Source: Octopus vulgaris (Eukaryota). Taken from it: DNA of 64,000 bases. The notes under the pieces were generated by a model. It saw only the letters and a list, made by a program, of their open reading frames with translations. It had not been told where the DNA came from and did no database searches. Below, one piece after another: positions 1 to 12,830 of the stretch. The stretch lies in assembly GCA_951406725.2 (NCBI GenBank), contig OX597816.1, forward strand, positions 92,070,001-92,134,000. Reading direction: 5' to 3'. The translations under genes were made by a program, and so were the position numbers. Each line of letters opens with the position of its first letter. Position 1 is the stretch's first letter.

Positions 1-600
1 AGAGCTTTTCAACGTTACCCAAAACGAGAAGTCCAGTGATCTGTCAAAGAGAATTACAGCATACAAATGACGGTGCTCTTGTCGCTCATACGTCACAGAT
101 ATTACAGAAAATCCTTGAAGCGTTCTTCGCAGCATCTAAAATTTTAGATTCCAAGATAAACGTAAAATGGTTTCAAAGTTTATGATATTATAGTGAAAAC
201 TGTACAATACTTTATGTGTACTGTCAGTACAATACCGAAAGATTGATGTCTTGACATAGAGCTACAAAACGAGAATAGCAAAAGGTTGTACAAAGTTTGG
301 ATGCTTTGATTATGGCTATGGAACAGTTATATTTCTACAAGAACCAAATGCAAAGACATTGGGCAAGAATCAAGTGAAGAGGATCCATGTCTTTGTGATG
401 CGACACCTACATCCAGTCATGGAAATCTCTTAGAGTGACATGATTCTCAGCAGTGAAATAAAAGAGTGGGAAGGATTATCATGCTGGAAGATTTGGATGA
501 CCACAAGAAGAAAACCTATGTCAGATGTAGCAACTCATCTGGAAGATTACCCGAGCGCAAAACTATTTTAAGAGCTATGGAAGCATAATTGACCCGCCTT
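1..600 (+). mobile_element. Decayed RTE-clade LINE reverse transcriptase fragment
   Basis: From 51 the sequence translates ELQHTNDGALVAHTSQILQKILEAFFAASKILDSKINVK, matching the RTE RT motif ELLFADDxALVAHT..LQ.L.D.F..A...FGL.I. A GRLP..LF..EL-like remnant lies near 541-580. Stops and frameshifts throughout. Confidence 0.6.
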
Positions 601-728
601 CTAAAGAATGGGATATAAATTTTAATGTCATGGTCATACGTACTCCATCAAAGAAACTCAATGAGTGATCGCGGTTAAATAACTATGAAAGCAATCATAA
701 TCGCTAGCGACCGACAAAATCAGCAAAT

Positions 729-958
729 GAATACATACATACATACACACACACACACATACACACACACACATACACACACACACATATATATATATAT
801 TAATAATGTATACGCATATTTGCATAAAAACACAAACACATATACATGTACATACAAATTGTATTGGTTCATACAAACACTCAAGTACACACCACACAGA
901 TACAGGCACAGATACACACACACACTCACACACACATTTACGCACACACATACACACA
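729..958. repeat. Imperfect (CA)n/(TA)n/(TACA)n compound microsatellite
   Basis: Directly visible. It explains the HTHT/CVCV ORFs at 658-1032. Confidence 0.9.
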
Positions 959-1295
959 ATAGTATAAATATGTATTTTATTGATGCTATTATATTCTCGT
1001 ACAATGACTTACAATCAAGCAGATGTGTCTAAAAAAACAATATATAATTGAGGTTGGCGGCACGCAGCGCTTGTAAAGCAAGCTTAAATAAGAACGCTTA
1101 ATTCTGCAAACCGTTATCAAAGGCGTTTAATATATTCGGAGCCACCAGGCAAGCTTCTATGTTTGAAATTCTACGAATATTTTATAGCAGACACCGTAGT
1201 GGGATTATACACCATCATGTGTGAAAGTAAATATTTTCAACTTTCTATAATCTTTGTTTAATTTTTAGGGTATTTTTTGCCTTATTACATATTTT

Positions 1296-2756
1296 ATGAT
1301 CATGTCACTAACCGAAGAACAACAGCCAACTGCAACTGGCCAATATAACAAGGCGAACGAATTACCAACAATAATAAATAATGGAAATGGACGGTATATG
1401 ACTACATCAAATTATTTACCATGGAAACCATGTATGAATCCAATTAGAGATATAGAAAATGGTATTGGTAAAACATGTCAGCTTAATAGCATGGAAGCTT
1501 TCCTTGTGCCTCCTACATATCGATGTGTCCGAAATCCTTTACACACTCGAAATACCATCTGCGAATGGGACAGTGCTAATCACACTAATTTTTATCTTTT
1601 GGATTCTCTTCTTGAGAAAGATAAAGCAGCAATTACTGAAAATAGAAGATCATGTAAAGAGGCTGATGATAAAGCTCGTTGGGAACAAAAAGAGAGCACG
1701 CTTGGTTTGGGAAAGCGCATCTCTGAAGTAATATTTTGGAGGAACCAGATTTTTGCAGAAGCTGATAAAATGCTGAACGAATCAAAAGCCTTAAACGACA
1801 CCAGAGCTTTGCTTGAAGAACTAAGAGAACTACTTGAAGAAACGCTCAAAGTTGATCGGGATTGCTTGTATCTTAGAGATAAAAGAGAGAAAATGGATCT
1901 TGCCCATGATTTTCTCGAAAAATTGTTAGTTAGCGAAGTTGATTTGATACTGGATTTGAAGGGTAAAATTCAAGGCGAGTTGGACATGATTGCCAATCAG
2001 CAAGCATTAAATCGTTATGCGCAAAGCCACCTCGAAAAAGATATCTCAGATAAATTTACGGCAGAAGAACTTGATGAATCAGCTTATCAGAAGCAGAATT
2101 CATCTGAAGGGCTGTCTTGTCACAAAGATGTAGGTGTAACTGGTGGTTGTGTCAGCGATCACAAAACTTGGTTAGCTGCTACTCATGAAACAATTAAACA
2201 TAGTGAGAAAGAGAGAAATGCTTCCGTACTGCTCCGTCGGCACCTCGACTCTTTTATAGACAGATTATGTCACGAAATCTTAGATCACTGGAATAAGACA
2301 AACGAAGGTTTCCGGATCAGCATTAAAAATACTTTGGATGTTCGAAACAAACTAAAAAACCGCCTTGGTCAACTTATCGCAGAAATGTTTCAGCTCAATA
2401 AAAGTATAGAATGCATAAGGAAAAGCATTGGGGGTAAAAGAACCCAGTTACATGTTGCAAATACTAGGTTAGAGATACGCCGTAAGCGCCCCAATATGGA
2501 AGCCTGTCGAAGTGGTGCACAGACTAATTTATTTAAAGAAATAGAAGAAATAAAGAAAATAGCAGAAGATCTCCAAACTAAGCTGTGTTATACTGAAAGT
2601 GTTCTCGAAGAAATGAAATCAATGAAAACGTTATTAGAAGAGGAGATCGCCTCAAAAAATAGTGCCCTATATATTGATAGAGAAAAATGCTTAACTCTGA
2701 GGAAATTCTTCCCAGTTTTGAAAGTTTTATCCAGACGGATTTTTCTATCAAAGTAA
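1296..2756 (+). CDS. Tektin-3/5-class tektin (axonemal coiled-coil filament protein), single coding exon, 486 aa
   Basis: Uninterrupted ORF, colinear by recollection with TEKT3: YLPWKP, LGKRISEVIFWR, CLYLRDKREKMDLAHD, LEKDISDK, VANTRLE, the nonapeptide RPNMEACRS (canonical RPNVELCRD) at 2487-2513, and C-terminal LYIDREKCLTLRK. A possible 5'UTR splice acceptor (ttttag, about 1268) lies just upstream. Confidence 0.93.
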   Translation: MIMSLTEEQQPTATGQYNKANELPTIINNGNGRYMTTSNYLPWKPCMNPIRDIENGIGKTCQLNSMEAFLVPPTYRCVRNPLHTRNTICEWDSANHTNFYLLDSLLEKDKAAITENRRSCKEADDKARWEQKESTLGLGKRISEVIFWRNQIFAEADKMLNESKALNDTRALLEELRELLEETLKVDRDCLYLRDKREKMDLAHDFLEKLLVSEVDLILDLKGKIQGELDMIANQQALNRYAQSHLEKDISDKFTAEELDESAYQKQNSSEGLSCHKDVGVTGGCVSDHKTWLAATHETIKHSEKERNASVLLRRHLDSFIDRLCHEILDHWNKTNEGFRISIKNTLDVRNKLKNRLGQLIAEMFQLNKSIECIRKSIGGKRTQLHVANTRLEIRRKRPNMEACRSGAQTNLFKEIEEIKKIAEDLQTKLCYTESVLEEMKSMKTLLEEEIASKNSALYIDREKCLTLRKFFPVLKVLSRRIFLSK

Positions 2757-3638
2757 TCAAATTGGGTATAATTAACACTGGATGTGTTACATATACTTTT
2801 TAATTTTATAATGATCCTAAGATTTATGTATTATAACCATTTTTTTGTTGAAAATATTTCTTTCCTTCTTTTATAAATACCTCTAGCAACATTAAGTGAG
2901 GCACCATCGTTAACACAGATATTTTCGCATTAATCTGATACTTATACAATTCAGTCAGGTAAATGCTTTTGGAAATCTGTTTTCTTAAAAGTCTTCAGAA
3001 ACGGAGGAATATTTCACTTCTGAAATATTCTTTCTCGGACTAAATATTGAAAATGACTTTATAAATCAGAAGTAATCTACTTTCAAGTCTCTTCCTGTGA
3101 AATAATTTTTGCTTTCATATCAAACTACATGAACGCCAATGTTTTTCGCCGAACATAAATGAAGCAGCAATGTTTTTAACTATAACAACATTAGATATAA
3201 GGAATAGATCGACATCAATATTGTTGAATAATAAGCTTGTCAACAAAAGTTCTCAGTCAAACGAGGATGTGATATCACGCTTTCGGTGCCCACTGCTTTC
3301 TTGTGAGATACACATAAAAAAAAATCATGTTGTATATAAAGTTAACACAGAAAACGCTTTGATAATTTTTCAAAAAGATCTATGTAATCGCATCGTGAGA
3401 TAAAATTTATTTAGTATATTTTGAGTAATTTACTTTTCACTTTGTTGTTCATATGTGTTCTATCTATTAAACTTTAAAATAATTGCAATGGTTGAATGGT
3501 TAAGATTACGATAAATTAATCTGCCACAAAAGCGTATTTGTGTCTTGGATTTCGTAACTTATCCTTTTTAGTTTACGTGAAAACTTGTAGTTAGCTTATG
3601 TATTTAATACAATAAGACACTAACAGGATTTCATAAAC

Positions 3639-3640
<2 letters not shown>

Positions 3641-3717
<77 letters not shown>

Positions 3718-3723
3718 TATAGA

Positions 3724-3790
<67 letters not shown>

Positions 3791-4020
3791 ATATATATTT
3801 ATGTATATATATATATATATATTTATGTATATATATATACGTATATATATGTAAATATAAATGTCTATATATATGTATGAATGTGTGCATGTATGTATGT
3901 ATGTATGTATGTATGTATGTATGTATCTATCTATCTATCTATCTATCCATCTATTTATCTATCTGTTGTATGTCAGCGTATGCATGCGCGTATGTATACG
4001 TATATATATATATATGTATA
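3641..4020. repeat. Compound (TA)n/(TATG)n/(TATC)n microsatellite
   Basis: Directly visible. Confidence 0.95.
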
Positions 4021-5719
4021 GTTTGAGTATCTACAAGTAAGTTTGTGTTTCAGTACATGCATATGCAATTCTTTCTTTTTTTTATACACAATTTGGAATA
4101 ATGTTTGATATTGTGACGATTCCAAAATGTTCTCCCTTGGTTTGTACATATCCTTATCTTCTTTCTAGTTCTATATCTTCTTCTTTGCCATCAACTCCGA
4201 TGAAGTGAAGTTGTCTGTCTGTAGTCTCTTGTGGGAATCTGAGGTAGATTTTTCCACCACAGACTCATCACTGTGGTACTCTATTGAGTCGCATCTATAT
4301 AAGTTTTATTACATCATTGAAATTAATTCAAATCCTAGCGGTTTCATCCAATTGCTGCAGACTTACATACATTATGTCGGTGATTATTATTCACTATCAA
4401 CCATTTGTTATTGACATAAATTTATCTGCTTTGCTGTTTGGCTATTGTATTGATATTACATCATGTCACTGAAGTGTACGCCTAACCAAATTTCATTGGA
4501 TACTATTTTTTAATATATGCAGATTTTATGGTATTTCAGTTTGGTTCTGCCCATATAAAGAATTCCGAAGTTTTTTGATCTTATAATTTACTATTGTTTT
4601 TCCTCGTGAGGATAGTTCTTAATGGTGGTGGTGGTGGTGGTGGTGGTGATGATTATGGCAACAACGACAATGCTGATGCCGACGAGGAAGATGGTGGCGA
4701 ATGTAATATATAGAGAAAGAGGAGCACTACTGTACTGGTTGTGGATGAATGATTTGAAAATCAAGTTGAAAACAATTGAATTTTTATAATATCGTAAGAG
4801 ACAGCAGATATATTTCGAGAAAGAAAGTAAAAAAAATGTGCAAAGCCACAAAAAGGATTCAATAACTAAATGCATCGAATACAACAAAGAAAATGTTTAA
4901 ATAACAGAAGACATTATAGAGAAGAAACAGCAATGTACTGTATTTGTTGTTACTAGAAGCCAGAATTGCCACTTTTAATAGATACAAAAGTGTCTGAATT
5001 ATGTTTTAGTTTTGAAGCAATCTTATTGTTTTTCTTTTTTTTTAATAACTGTTCGGGAAAAAATCCTTTGATCATCTGAGGCTTCTGTATTGCAATATTG
5101 CTTCATAACAGTTACACAGGAACATTAATTGCAATAAAGAAATAACACAATACATTGTGATCTCTTGCAAAGAATATAAAGCTTGGTGATGTGCCAATGC
5201 TTTACATGTGTTTATTTTTTTTAGCTAGATGAATATTTTCATGCATCGATCGAAGAGAGATGGTTGCTTGCATGTTGTATCGTCTTGTTGGGAAGGGTCA
5301 TTGCATGTTACGACTATGTGAAAGCGAGCGGACCCTTTTATTTCACACCTTGTGGCGGGAGAAGGATAGTGTGTAAGCAGCATGGATTATTTGATACACA
5401 TCAAATAAATATCAAAATAGGAAAATTTATGATAATTTTGAACGAAGGACAAAAATCAATTTTTACTCGTTAAAGAAATGTATGATGAAGCTAATAACAA
5501 TCGCATTAACGTTGACCGATTCCAAAGTAGCTTATCTGTTGCACCAAAGATTACTAGTTGTACTATGAATCTCAAGTAGTATTATAAACAATTAATTAGA
5601 GTAAAACTAGCAATGTCAACAGAAATATTCACTTGTATTAGGTTTCCAGTTTAAATCTCTAACAATAATACAGTCTCCTGTTTGCAGTATAGGATGTTGG
5701 CTGTCATATAGGATACCTG

Positions 5720-5885
5720 ATATACTATACACTACTAATTACGTTTCAGACTACTAATTAAGCTATACCTGACTAGTTGCACCATAGACCACTAGTTGTA
5801 CTCTTGGCCTCTGGTTACACGATAGACCACTAGTTTTTCCATAAGCCTACAGTTTTACTCTAGGCCACTAGTTGTAGTATATGCT
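5720..5885. repeat. Degenerate 19-bp minisatellite (ACTAGTTGTACyATAGACC-like)
   Basis: Consecutive units actagttgcaccatagacc / actagttgtactcttggcc / tctggttacacgatagacc / actagtttttccataagcc / tacagttttactctaggcc / actagttgtagtat. More decayed units occur from about 5550. Confidence 0.8.
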
Positions 5886-6887
5886 TCAAAGTACACTATG
5901 GTCTGCCGGGAAATCTTCAGATGCGCTGCTAAATGTTAAGCATACAATGCAGTGCCAGTTAAAATCCCTGAATGCTTTAGAAGGTCGAGCAAAGTATGAT
6001 AATCAAGAATAGATAACGGAATAATCTTGTACGCAGAAATGTCTTGATATCTTCAAAAATTCAAAAATTTGTCTACTTTTGAAATTGTTCCAAGTTTATA
6101 ACAAGACTACAATCATATTCTGATATTTCAAGATTAAGCATGAATTTTACCTACTAAATGATTGTTAGTGAGAAATGTGTGCAATATTCGGTGTTTCTGA
6201 GGCAAGAACAGCTTACAAAATATGTCAGGTCATCACGGAAATATGATGCCTTGATACCTCACTAATCGAATGTCTAATCATCTTAACTAAGTATGTTTTT
6301 AAGCATGCCAAAACTTTCAGTTTAGATTCATAGGAAGTCGGTGACAGTTTAACATGAAAACAGTACAACATTTTATAGTTTGATAGAGCTTTTGTAATGA
6401 GAATTAATACTTCTCAGTATCCTTTAAGTATTTATAGAAAGATAAGATACAAAATGCACAAACAATTTCAAGAAGGCTCTTTCATAACATTACGATAGCA
6501 TTGTTGGGTGATAACCAATTAAAATGCTCAGGAGAGTCATTTAGAGAATGTCTTAGGTTGGGGATGTTGACTGAATCAGAAAAAGTCTCTTTATTGTTTG
6601 GTTAACAAAGTTTGAAACATTTAGACACGTTTGACCGACAAGAGAATTATAAAAAGCATCGCTTTTCTTCTTTAATGAATAGTATCAGCAGGACAGATTT
6701 AAAGAAAGAAAGGAGTGCTACAGTTTTTGGCTTTATATAATTAGTGTTCTACCATCGTTTGTTGGTGTCTTGGAAATAGAAACTTGATTGATATACAGAA
6801 AAGAAGGCGGCTTTTTTGTGGTCGGAAGGGAAGAAATCACATACTTGCCTTTCAATGTGCTTACGCCCTTATTAGTTTGTATATGTA

Positions 6888-6888
6888 G

Positions 6889-6964
<76 letters not shown>

Positions 6965-6993
6965 TTCTCTCTCTTTCTCCCTCTCTCTCTCTT

Positions 6994-7030
<37 letters not shown>
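6888..7030. repeat. (CT)n-(CTGT)n-(TA)n compound microsatellite
   Basis: Directly visible. Confidence 0.95.
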
Positions 7031-7031
<1 letters not shown>

Positions 7032-7032
7032 A

Positions 7033-7401
7033 TAGCTTGCTTACGAACCACATGGTTCCGGGTTCAGTCCCATTGTGTGGCACCTTGGGCAAGTGTCTTC
7101 TACTATAGCCTCGGGCCGACCAAAGCCTTGTGAGTGGATTTGGTAGACGGAAACTGAAAGAAGCCCGTCGTATATATGTATATGTGTGTGTGTATATGTT
7201 TGTGTGTCTGTGTTTGTCCCCCCAACATCGCTTGACAACCGATGCTGGTGTGTTTACGTCCCTGTAACTTAGCGGTTCGGCAAAAGAGACCGATAGAATA
7301 AGTACTAGGCTTACAAAGGATAAGTCCTGGGTCGATTTGCTCGACTAAAGGCGGTGCTTCAGCATGGCCACAGTCAAATGACTGAAACAAGTAAAAGAGT
7401 A
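7033..7401 (+). mobile_element. tRNA-derived SINE, family A (CORE-like segment), 5' end clipped
   Basis: B-box-like gggttcagtccc, CORE-like accttgggcaagtg, internal (TA/TG)n, and 3' cagcatggcc.cagtc.aatgactgaaacaagtaaaag. Closely related copies at 19117, 32735 and 36075 (+), and 13885 and 37225 (-). Confidence 0.85.
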
Positions 7402-7432
7402 TAGTATGTATGTGTGTGTGTGCGTGCATGTG

Positions 7433-7752
7433 AAGGCGTGTGGTTTAGTGGTTAGTTAGGGACACGATTGTAAGATGGTGAGTTCAATTCACAGCAGTGC
7501 CTTGTATCCTTGAGCAAAACATTTTATTTCACGTCGTCTCCCGTCCACTCACATGGAAAAAATGAGTTGTACTTGTAATTCAGAGGACCAGCCTTATTAC
7601 ATTCTGTCCCACGCTAAATCTCCCCGAGATCTTCGTTAAGGGTTCGCATGTTTATGGAGGGCTCAGCCACTTACACGTTAATTTCACGAGCAGGTTGTTC
7701 CGGTGATCAGATGATCAACTAGAACCCACATTGTCGTAACCAACGGAGTGAC
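7433..7752 (+). mobile_element. tRNA-derived SINE, family B (CORE-like head, distinct tail)
   Basis: A-box tggtttagtgg, B-box-like gagttcaattc, and ccttgagcaaaaca...tttcacgt...gtccactca...aaaatgagt shared with the copies at 18700-18905 and 43655-43900. Confidence 0.75.
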
Positions 7753-8007
7753 AATGCACCTGTTTTTTGTTTATACACCTGTCTTCGTCTTGTTTTTCTG
7801 GAAATTTCAACTATATATATATGTATGTCTCTTAGGCTTTTATTCGGCATTTTTACTATCCAAGGAAAAGCTTACCGAGTAGGAAATATTAAATAGTGCA
7901 ACTATTCCCGATGATAAGTAAAAGAGCGGCTAGACTGTATACTGAAATGAAAATATGTGTAGAAGATTTTATTTCATTTGTCTACAAGGCTCAAATAGCT
8001 TTTATTT

Positions 8008-8142
8008 TAAACTTGTTTCAGTCATTGGACTGCAACCATTCTGGGGCATTAACTTGAACGATTTAGTCGAACAAATCCATCCCTGGACTTATTTTTAAGT
8101 TTAGCACTTATTCTAGTGGCCTCTTTTACCGAACTGCTGAGC
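8008..8142 (-). mobile_element. SINE family A, 3' fragment
   Basis: Reverse complement of the family A 3' end (cttgtttcagtcatt.gactgc..ccat.ctgg). Confidence 0.65.
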
Positions 8143-11100
8143 TCTTGTTCGCATTTTAGACACATGTAGTGGAGATATCATATTTGTGTCTTTTCCAGTT
8201 GAAAACAAAGAAAATGCAAATATTTTAGATATGGGACAACTTTAATCTAAAAAGATATTAGTTTTTAAAGGCAGAATAATTTTATATCGTATGATTTTAC
8301 TGAGAGACTACACTAAAATAAAGGGTAACTATGATGAGAATACTGGGCTGCGCATAAATATGTGAAAAAGACATAACTTAGTTTAGATATTGATATGATA
8401 GCATCAAAAGTAAAATTTCCGATATACACTGGAAAACTGGGGAGCCCAGTTCAGTAATCGAATCAGAAGCAAGCATTACTGAGATGGGAGGAGTCTGATA
8501 TGAAGAGATATTAAAACAACAAGGGGAAATGGTTGTGAATAGAAGAGCAAGGAAGAAGAAATGTAGAGTTAATGAGAAAAGAATGGCAACTTGATAGAAT
8601 AAAAAATACTATTTTAGAGGAAGATGTATGGTAAATTATTCATCTATTTATATATACAAATATAATTAAATACCTTAAAATGCATAAAGAAGCATTCATA
8701 CACAAACACACAACATACATAGACACAACACATACACACACGTTTAATGTAAATACATATGTTTGCTATTCTGCCTATGTCTGTGGTTGTGTCTGTGCAT
8801 ATGAAGATATGTGTGAGCTCAAATGAGACATTAGGGTTCTAATATGCCCCCGTTCAGGGAATTTCAACCTGTTTGGGGTTTTAACCTCTTAGAAAGCAAC
8901 AAGTACTTATGAAATTACTAGTTTTATTTGTGACTTCAAAGTTTTAGTATTGTAAAGCTGTGGAGAAACATGAATTTGTAACAACCATGCCTTTTTCAAG
9001 GACATAAGCAGCATGATCACTAGTGTTGACTTTGTTTAAGTATACAATTAGGTCCATATTTCAACTTGTCAGAAAGCATCAATAATGAATGATAACATAT
9101 ATATACATACATACAAACACATACACGCGTACATTGTTTGTGTTTGAGTATACGTTCATTTATGTAAGAAAATATATTAGCATACGTTTGCATATACACA
9201 TGAGCATGTTTACACGTAAACTTTAGTTGGGAAAAGTTTTGAGTGTTTATTAAAAGGGGGTTGGTAAAAGTAAAGGTCTTCTATGTAGTAAATGTTCTGC
9301 ATGTTGTGAAACTTGTAGAATACTTAAAAAAGAAAACGAGTAAAGCTAATGTTGTAAGTGAAAAGGGATTCAGTGATAACCCCCAAAGACAGCTAGATAT
9401 ATGTAGACGTAAAAAGCACTTATGATGACTGAAGGGTGGAATAGATTCAAGACTTTTGCAAAGTCTTCATAGGAAAATTGTAATAAAATTAAGGTTTATT
9501 GGAGATGTTATACAAAAGAATGAGATAAAAAAGTTACTAACCATTATTAATAATTGGAATGCATTTAGGAAAAAAATACATCATGTAAGACATACGTGTA
9601 CATTTGACTGGTATTATAATCTGTGCATTTATACTGAAGATAATATCAGTCAAATGTACAGAGATAGCCTCATTACAATTGTATGGAAATAATAAAAATG
9701 TAAAATTGGGTTAGTGTTATTCTAGTCATCATATATTACTTAGGATAGGGTTAAAGTAGCTCGAAAGTTTCCTGTTTAATTTAACGAAAGATTCAATGTA
9801 AGGTAGAGAAATATACTGCAAAAGTTCTAAAAATCACGTTGTGTAGATAATTCTTTTCCTTTAGGAGCAAATAAAGATCGATTATATATTTTTTATTACT
9901 TGATTGTTGTAATGTTTCACATAATATTTGATCACACCCTATACCCATATATTATTATCTATCTACTATCCATCCTTCATCGTATTACTATTTTTCTCAT
10001 TGATAACATTTTCAGTAGATGACATCATTAAGAAAACAATCTTGTAAAATGGAGTTTCATTCAAAAGTTAACTCTTAAGATTCAGAACTTCAATTTTAGA
10101 ATCTCTAATTGTTGGTGTCTCCGAAAACATTCTAAGACTGTATCGTCAACTAAGCTTATGATATTCACTTTTGCCTCGTTCAATAAAGTAAATCTAAACA
10201 GAATAGGAAGCAAGTGAGGATTTCCTTTCTTTTCTAATATTTGAAGTTACTAATTCCCTTTAGAAACGAGTTCGCTTCTCAATAGATATTTCAAAATTTA
10301 ATATGACGTCAGACCAAAGCAATTCTTAAGTAGATAAAGAACAGGAGCAAAACAACAACAGCAGTCAAAACAAACACTTCAAGTATTTGTTTATTAGTGT
10401 AGATTGATACAAGTATCTAACAACCAAAGTTATACATTGAAAATATAGCGATAATGATAGTGCTTGTACGTGTTAATGATTGACAAACTAGTGAGATATG
10501 TAGAAGGGAGAACTCTATCATGAGCTATGAAGACTGACAAAAGGCTGAGCAGTACAAGTAAACACATATGTGAAGTAAAGCATTGACTTTATTTTGGTAT
10601 CCCGAATAAGCATTATCATAAAAAGTAACAAAACCCAAGAAAAATATAGTATAATACATAATAAAAGTGATGAACGTATTTCAAAGAATTATGCTCTTCG
10701 TTGTTAGGGGCAATTATTAAAATATGTCACTTGCTCCTGCAATTTATCATTTTAGGAAGGATGTTAGACAGAATATTTTCCGAGTATAATTTTTCACTAA
10801 TGGCACACAAACATACATACGTACATGCATACATAATGCACATATGAACGCATGCATACATACATGCATGCAAGCATGCATAAGTGCATACCTGCATACA
10901 TATATACATGCATCGATGCATATATTCACATATAGTTATATCAAGAATAAAAAGTTAGTATCAATTTGTTACTGTTATCTTGGAGGTAATTTGGAATATA
11001 CTAATGAGCAACTGATGCAATGACAATAACAGCACTGGCCAAGAGCGGGATTATGATAATAATTATGATAATGAGCTTAATTAAGGAATGCGTTGATTAC

Positions 11101-11229
11101 AATGTTCCAAACTTTTTCCTAATGTCACTTACAGATATTAAAGAGTTAGAAAGATATATCCCCAACGGTGCAATAACGTTGGGAACAATAACAAGAACAA
11201 CAATAATAAGGTAGGCAAACATATATATT

Positions 11230-11740
11230 ACTAGTATTTCAATGGTTAGGCGATATACAGGTAGTATTAGTACAAAATGTACGGGAGTAGTATTAATGGA
11301 AATATATAAAAAGGGTGGTATCAGTGTAAACGTAGAAGAGGGGTGTAGTATTTGTACAAGTGTACAGGTGGTGGTAGTATTAGAACAAATGTACTGCAGG
11401 GGATAGAATTGGTACAAATGTACAGTACATGGTAGTACTAGTACAGATATACAGTAGAAAGTAGTATTAATAAGATGTACAGTGGGATAGTGTTAGTAGA
11501 AATATTCAGGAGGTGGGTAGTATAGGCATTACGAGAGAGGTAGTATTAGGAGGTATACAAGAGGTGGTAGTATTGATACATATATATATATACAGGAGGA
11601 GTGATATTTGTACATATGTACAGGAGGGTTAGTATTAGTACAGATGTACAAAAGGAGTGGTGTTAGTGCATATATATACAAGAGGAGTAGTATTAGTACA
11701 AATGTACGGGAGGAGCAGTATCAGTAGACATGTCCAGGAT
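11230..11740. repeat. Degenerate minisatellite, unit about 27-29 bp (GTAGTATTAGTACAAATGTACAGGAGG-like)
   Basis: Roughly 18 recognisable tandem units, e.g. gtagtattagtacaaaatgtacggga at 11261 and gtagtattagtacaaatgtacgggagga at 11687. Confidence 0.85.
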
Positions 11741-11885
11741 GGTGAGGTGGTGGTAGTAATATCGGTACCAAGGAAGCATTGATTCAAGTCTTAATTTTAA
11801 AGTGTTTACATAATACCTGTGCATCAATATATGCTAATGAAGCCGTGAAGCTGTACAGTATTGTTGTTGTTAATAATATATGAAT

Positions 11886-12273
11886 ATCCTTTTCTACTCT
11901 AGGTACAAGGCCCGAAATTTTGGGGGAGGAGGACAGTCGATTAAATCGACCCCAGTACGCAACTGATACTTAATTTATCGACCCCGAAAGGATGAAAGGC
12001 AAAGTCGACCTCGACGGAATTTGAACTCAGAACGAAATATCTATTTCATTACTACCCACAAGGGGCTAAACATAGAGAGGACAAACAAGAACAGACAAAC
12101 GGATTAAGTCGATTATATCGACCCCAGTGCGTAACTGGTACTTATTTAATCGACCCCGAAAGGATGAAAGGCAAAGTATCCTCGGCGGAATTTGAACTCA
12201 GAACGTAGCGGCAGACGAAATGCCGTTAAGCATTTCGCCCGACGTGCTAACGTTTCTGTCAGCTTGCCGCCTT
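11886..12273 (-). mobile_element. Two abutting SINE family C copies (Meta/MESC-like central domain) with different 3' tails
   Basis: On the minus strand: tRNA-like head with B-box gagttcaaattcc, then gtcgactttgcctttcatcctttcggggtcgataaattaagt present twice (about 11960-12030 and 12135-12200). The 12036-12273 copy matches the + copy at 13459. Confidence 0.85.
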
Positions 12274-12409
12274 AGCAATATATGAATATTACTATTGTCA
12301 TAGAGAAGATATGAATAAAGGCCGAGTACTTTGTTGAGTATCTTTATTCGTTGTTAAAAGTTCAAATTTTACTGCAGTCGAAGTTTCAACACCGAAACTT
12401 TTATAATTA

Positions 12410-12830
12410 CTGGTTTCAAATTCTGATACAAGGCTAGCAATTTCAGTAGAAGTGGTAAATCGATTACATCGACTCCAGTGCTCAAATGGTACTTATTTTA
12501 TCGGCCCCGAAAGGATAAAAGGCAAAGTAGACTTCGGCGGCATTTCGAAACTTATAATTATTAAAAATAAATTTGGTTAATTTAAGTAGAGAAATAACCT
12601 TATCCTAACTTCTCAACTTTAAACCGTATGCTATATAAATATCTCTTTCCAATTTTTGGCACAGGGCCAGCTATTTTGAGAGGAGGGAGAAATCGATTAC
12701 ATCGACCGCAATGCTCAACTGGTACTTATTTTATCGACTTTGGTGGTCTTTGAATTCAGAACGTACAGAGCCGGGAGAAATGCTACAAATCTTAATCGGT
12801 GCGCTAATCATACTAACAGTCATACCTGCT
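12410..12830 (-). mobile_element. Two older partial SINE family C copies
   Basis: atcgattacatcgac..cagtgctcaa.tggtacttattttatcg is repeated at about 12460-12510 and 12690-12740. Confidence 0.7.

Noticed and set aside
658-1032. ORFs rich in HT/CV/YI/LSIY/MDGW repeats here and throughout the track
   Set aside because: They are translations of di-, tri- and tetranucleotide microsatellites that lack stop codons in some frames.
7033-7085. tRNA-like A/B boxes here and at other SINE heads
   Set aside because: They do not form a cloverleaf and continue into SINE bodies, so they are not tRNA genes.
11230-11740. Repeat-spacer appearance resembling a CRISPR array
   Set aside because: The units are contiguous and degenerate with no unique spacers, there are no cas genes, and the context is eukaryotic.
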